Below, in pieces: positions 63,796 to 64,000 of a stretch of DNA of 64,000 nucleotides. A model generated the notes under the pieces. The model was not told the DNA's origin. It saw only the letters and a list, made by a program, of their open reading frames with translations, and searched no databases. Both the position numbers and the translations under genes were made by a program. Origin of the DNA: Carcharhinus longimanus (taxonomy: Eukaryota); assembly GCA_030264375.1 (NCBI GenBank), contig JASCQW010000061.1, forward strand, positions 105,254,367 to 105,318,366. The letters are read 5' to 3'. How positions within the stretch are numbered: the stretch's first letter is position 1; every line of letters begins with the position of its first letter.

Positions 63796-64000
63796 GTACG
63801 TTCCAAGATATTTGGTTTTTATTTATTTTTATTCCCTGAAAAACAAGTTAGAATTAATATTATCTGGTTGTGATTTAACTCTTTGATTAATGACATTGAA
63901 ATGGTATCCAGTAACAACTGGGGATCAAAAACTAATCCTTATATTTAATGGATATTTAAAAACTTGACACTGAAAGGTTGGTTATTGATAATTCAGTGGC

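Overview
Eukaryotic, repeat-rich vertebrate DNA, most likely from a shark or other elasmobranch (many HE1-type V-SINEs, CR1/HER1, L2, RTE, Penelope-like and PIF/Harbinger remnants). It is a draft assembly with many N-gaps. The whole window lies inside the + strand gene RIMS2 (presynaptic active-zone scaffold RIM2). I traced 11 exons with canonical AG/GT boundaries and consistent reading phases. They encode the pre-PDZ linker, the PDZ domain, the PDZ-C2A linker, the C2A domain and the start of the following region, and include a mutually exclusive exon pair (9580-9647 / 9750-9958) and a 48-nt cassette exon (43058-43105). Best leads: (1) an orphan coding-like exon at 55710/55754-56127 with a KATQTD dynein-light-chain motif, phase-matched to replace the second C2A exon; (2) an intact minimal type I hammerhead ribozyme from a Penelope-derived repeat on the sense strand of intron DNA (13871-13909), with several related sense-strand copies; (3) a pre-miRNA-like hairpin (39022-39076); (4) a possible alternative terminal exon ending DFCC* (42529). 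Repeat boundaries are approximate, and family names come from motif recognition, not database searches.
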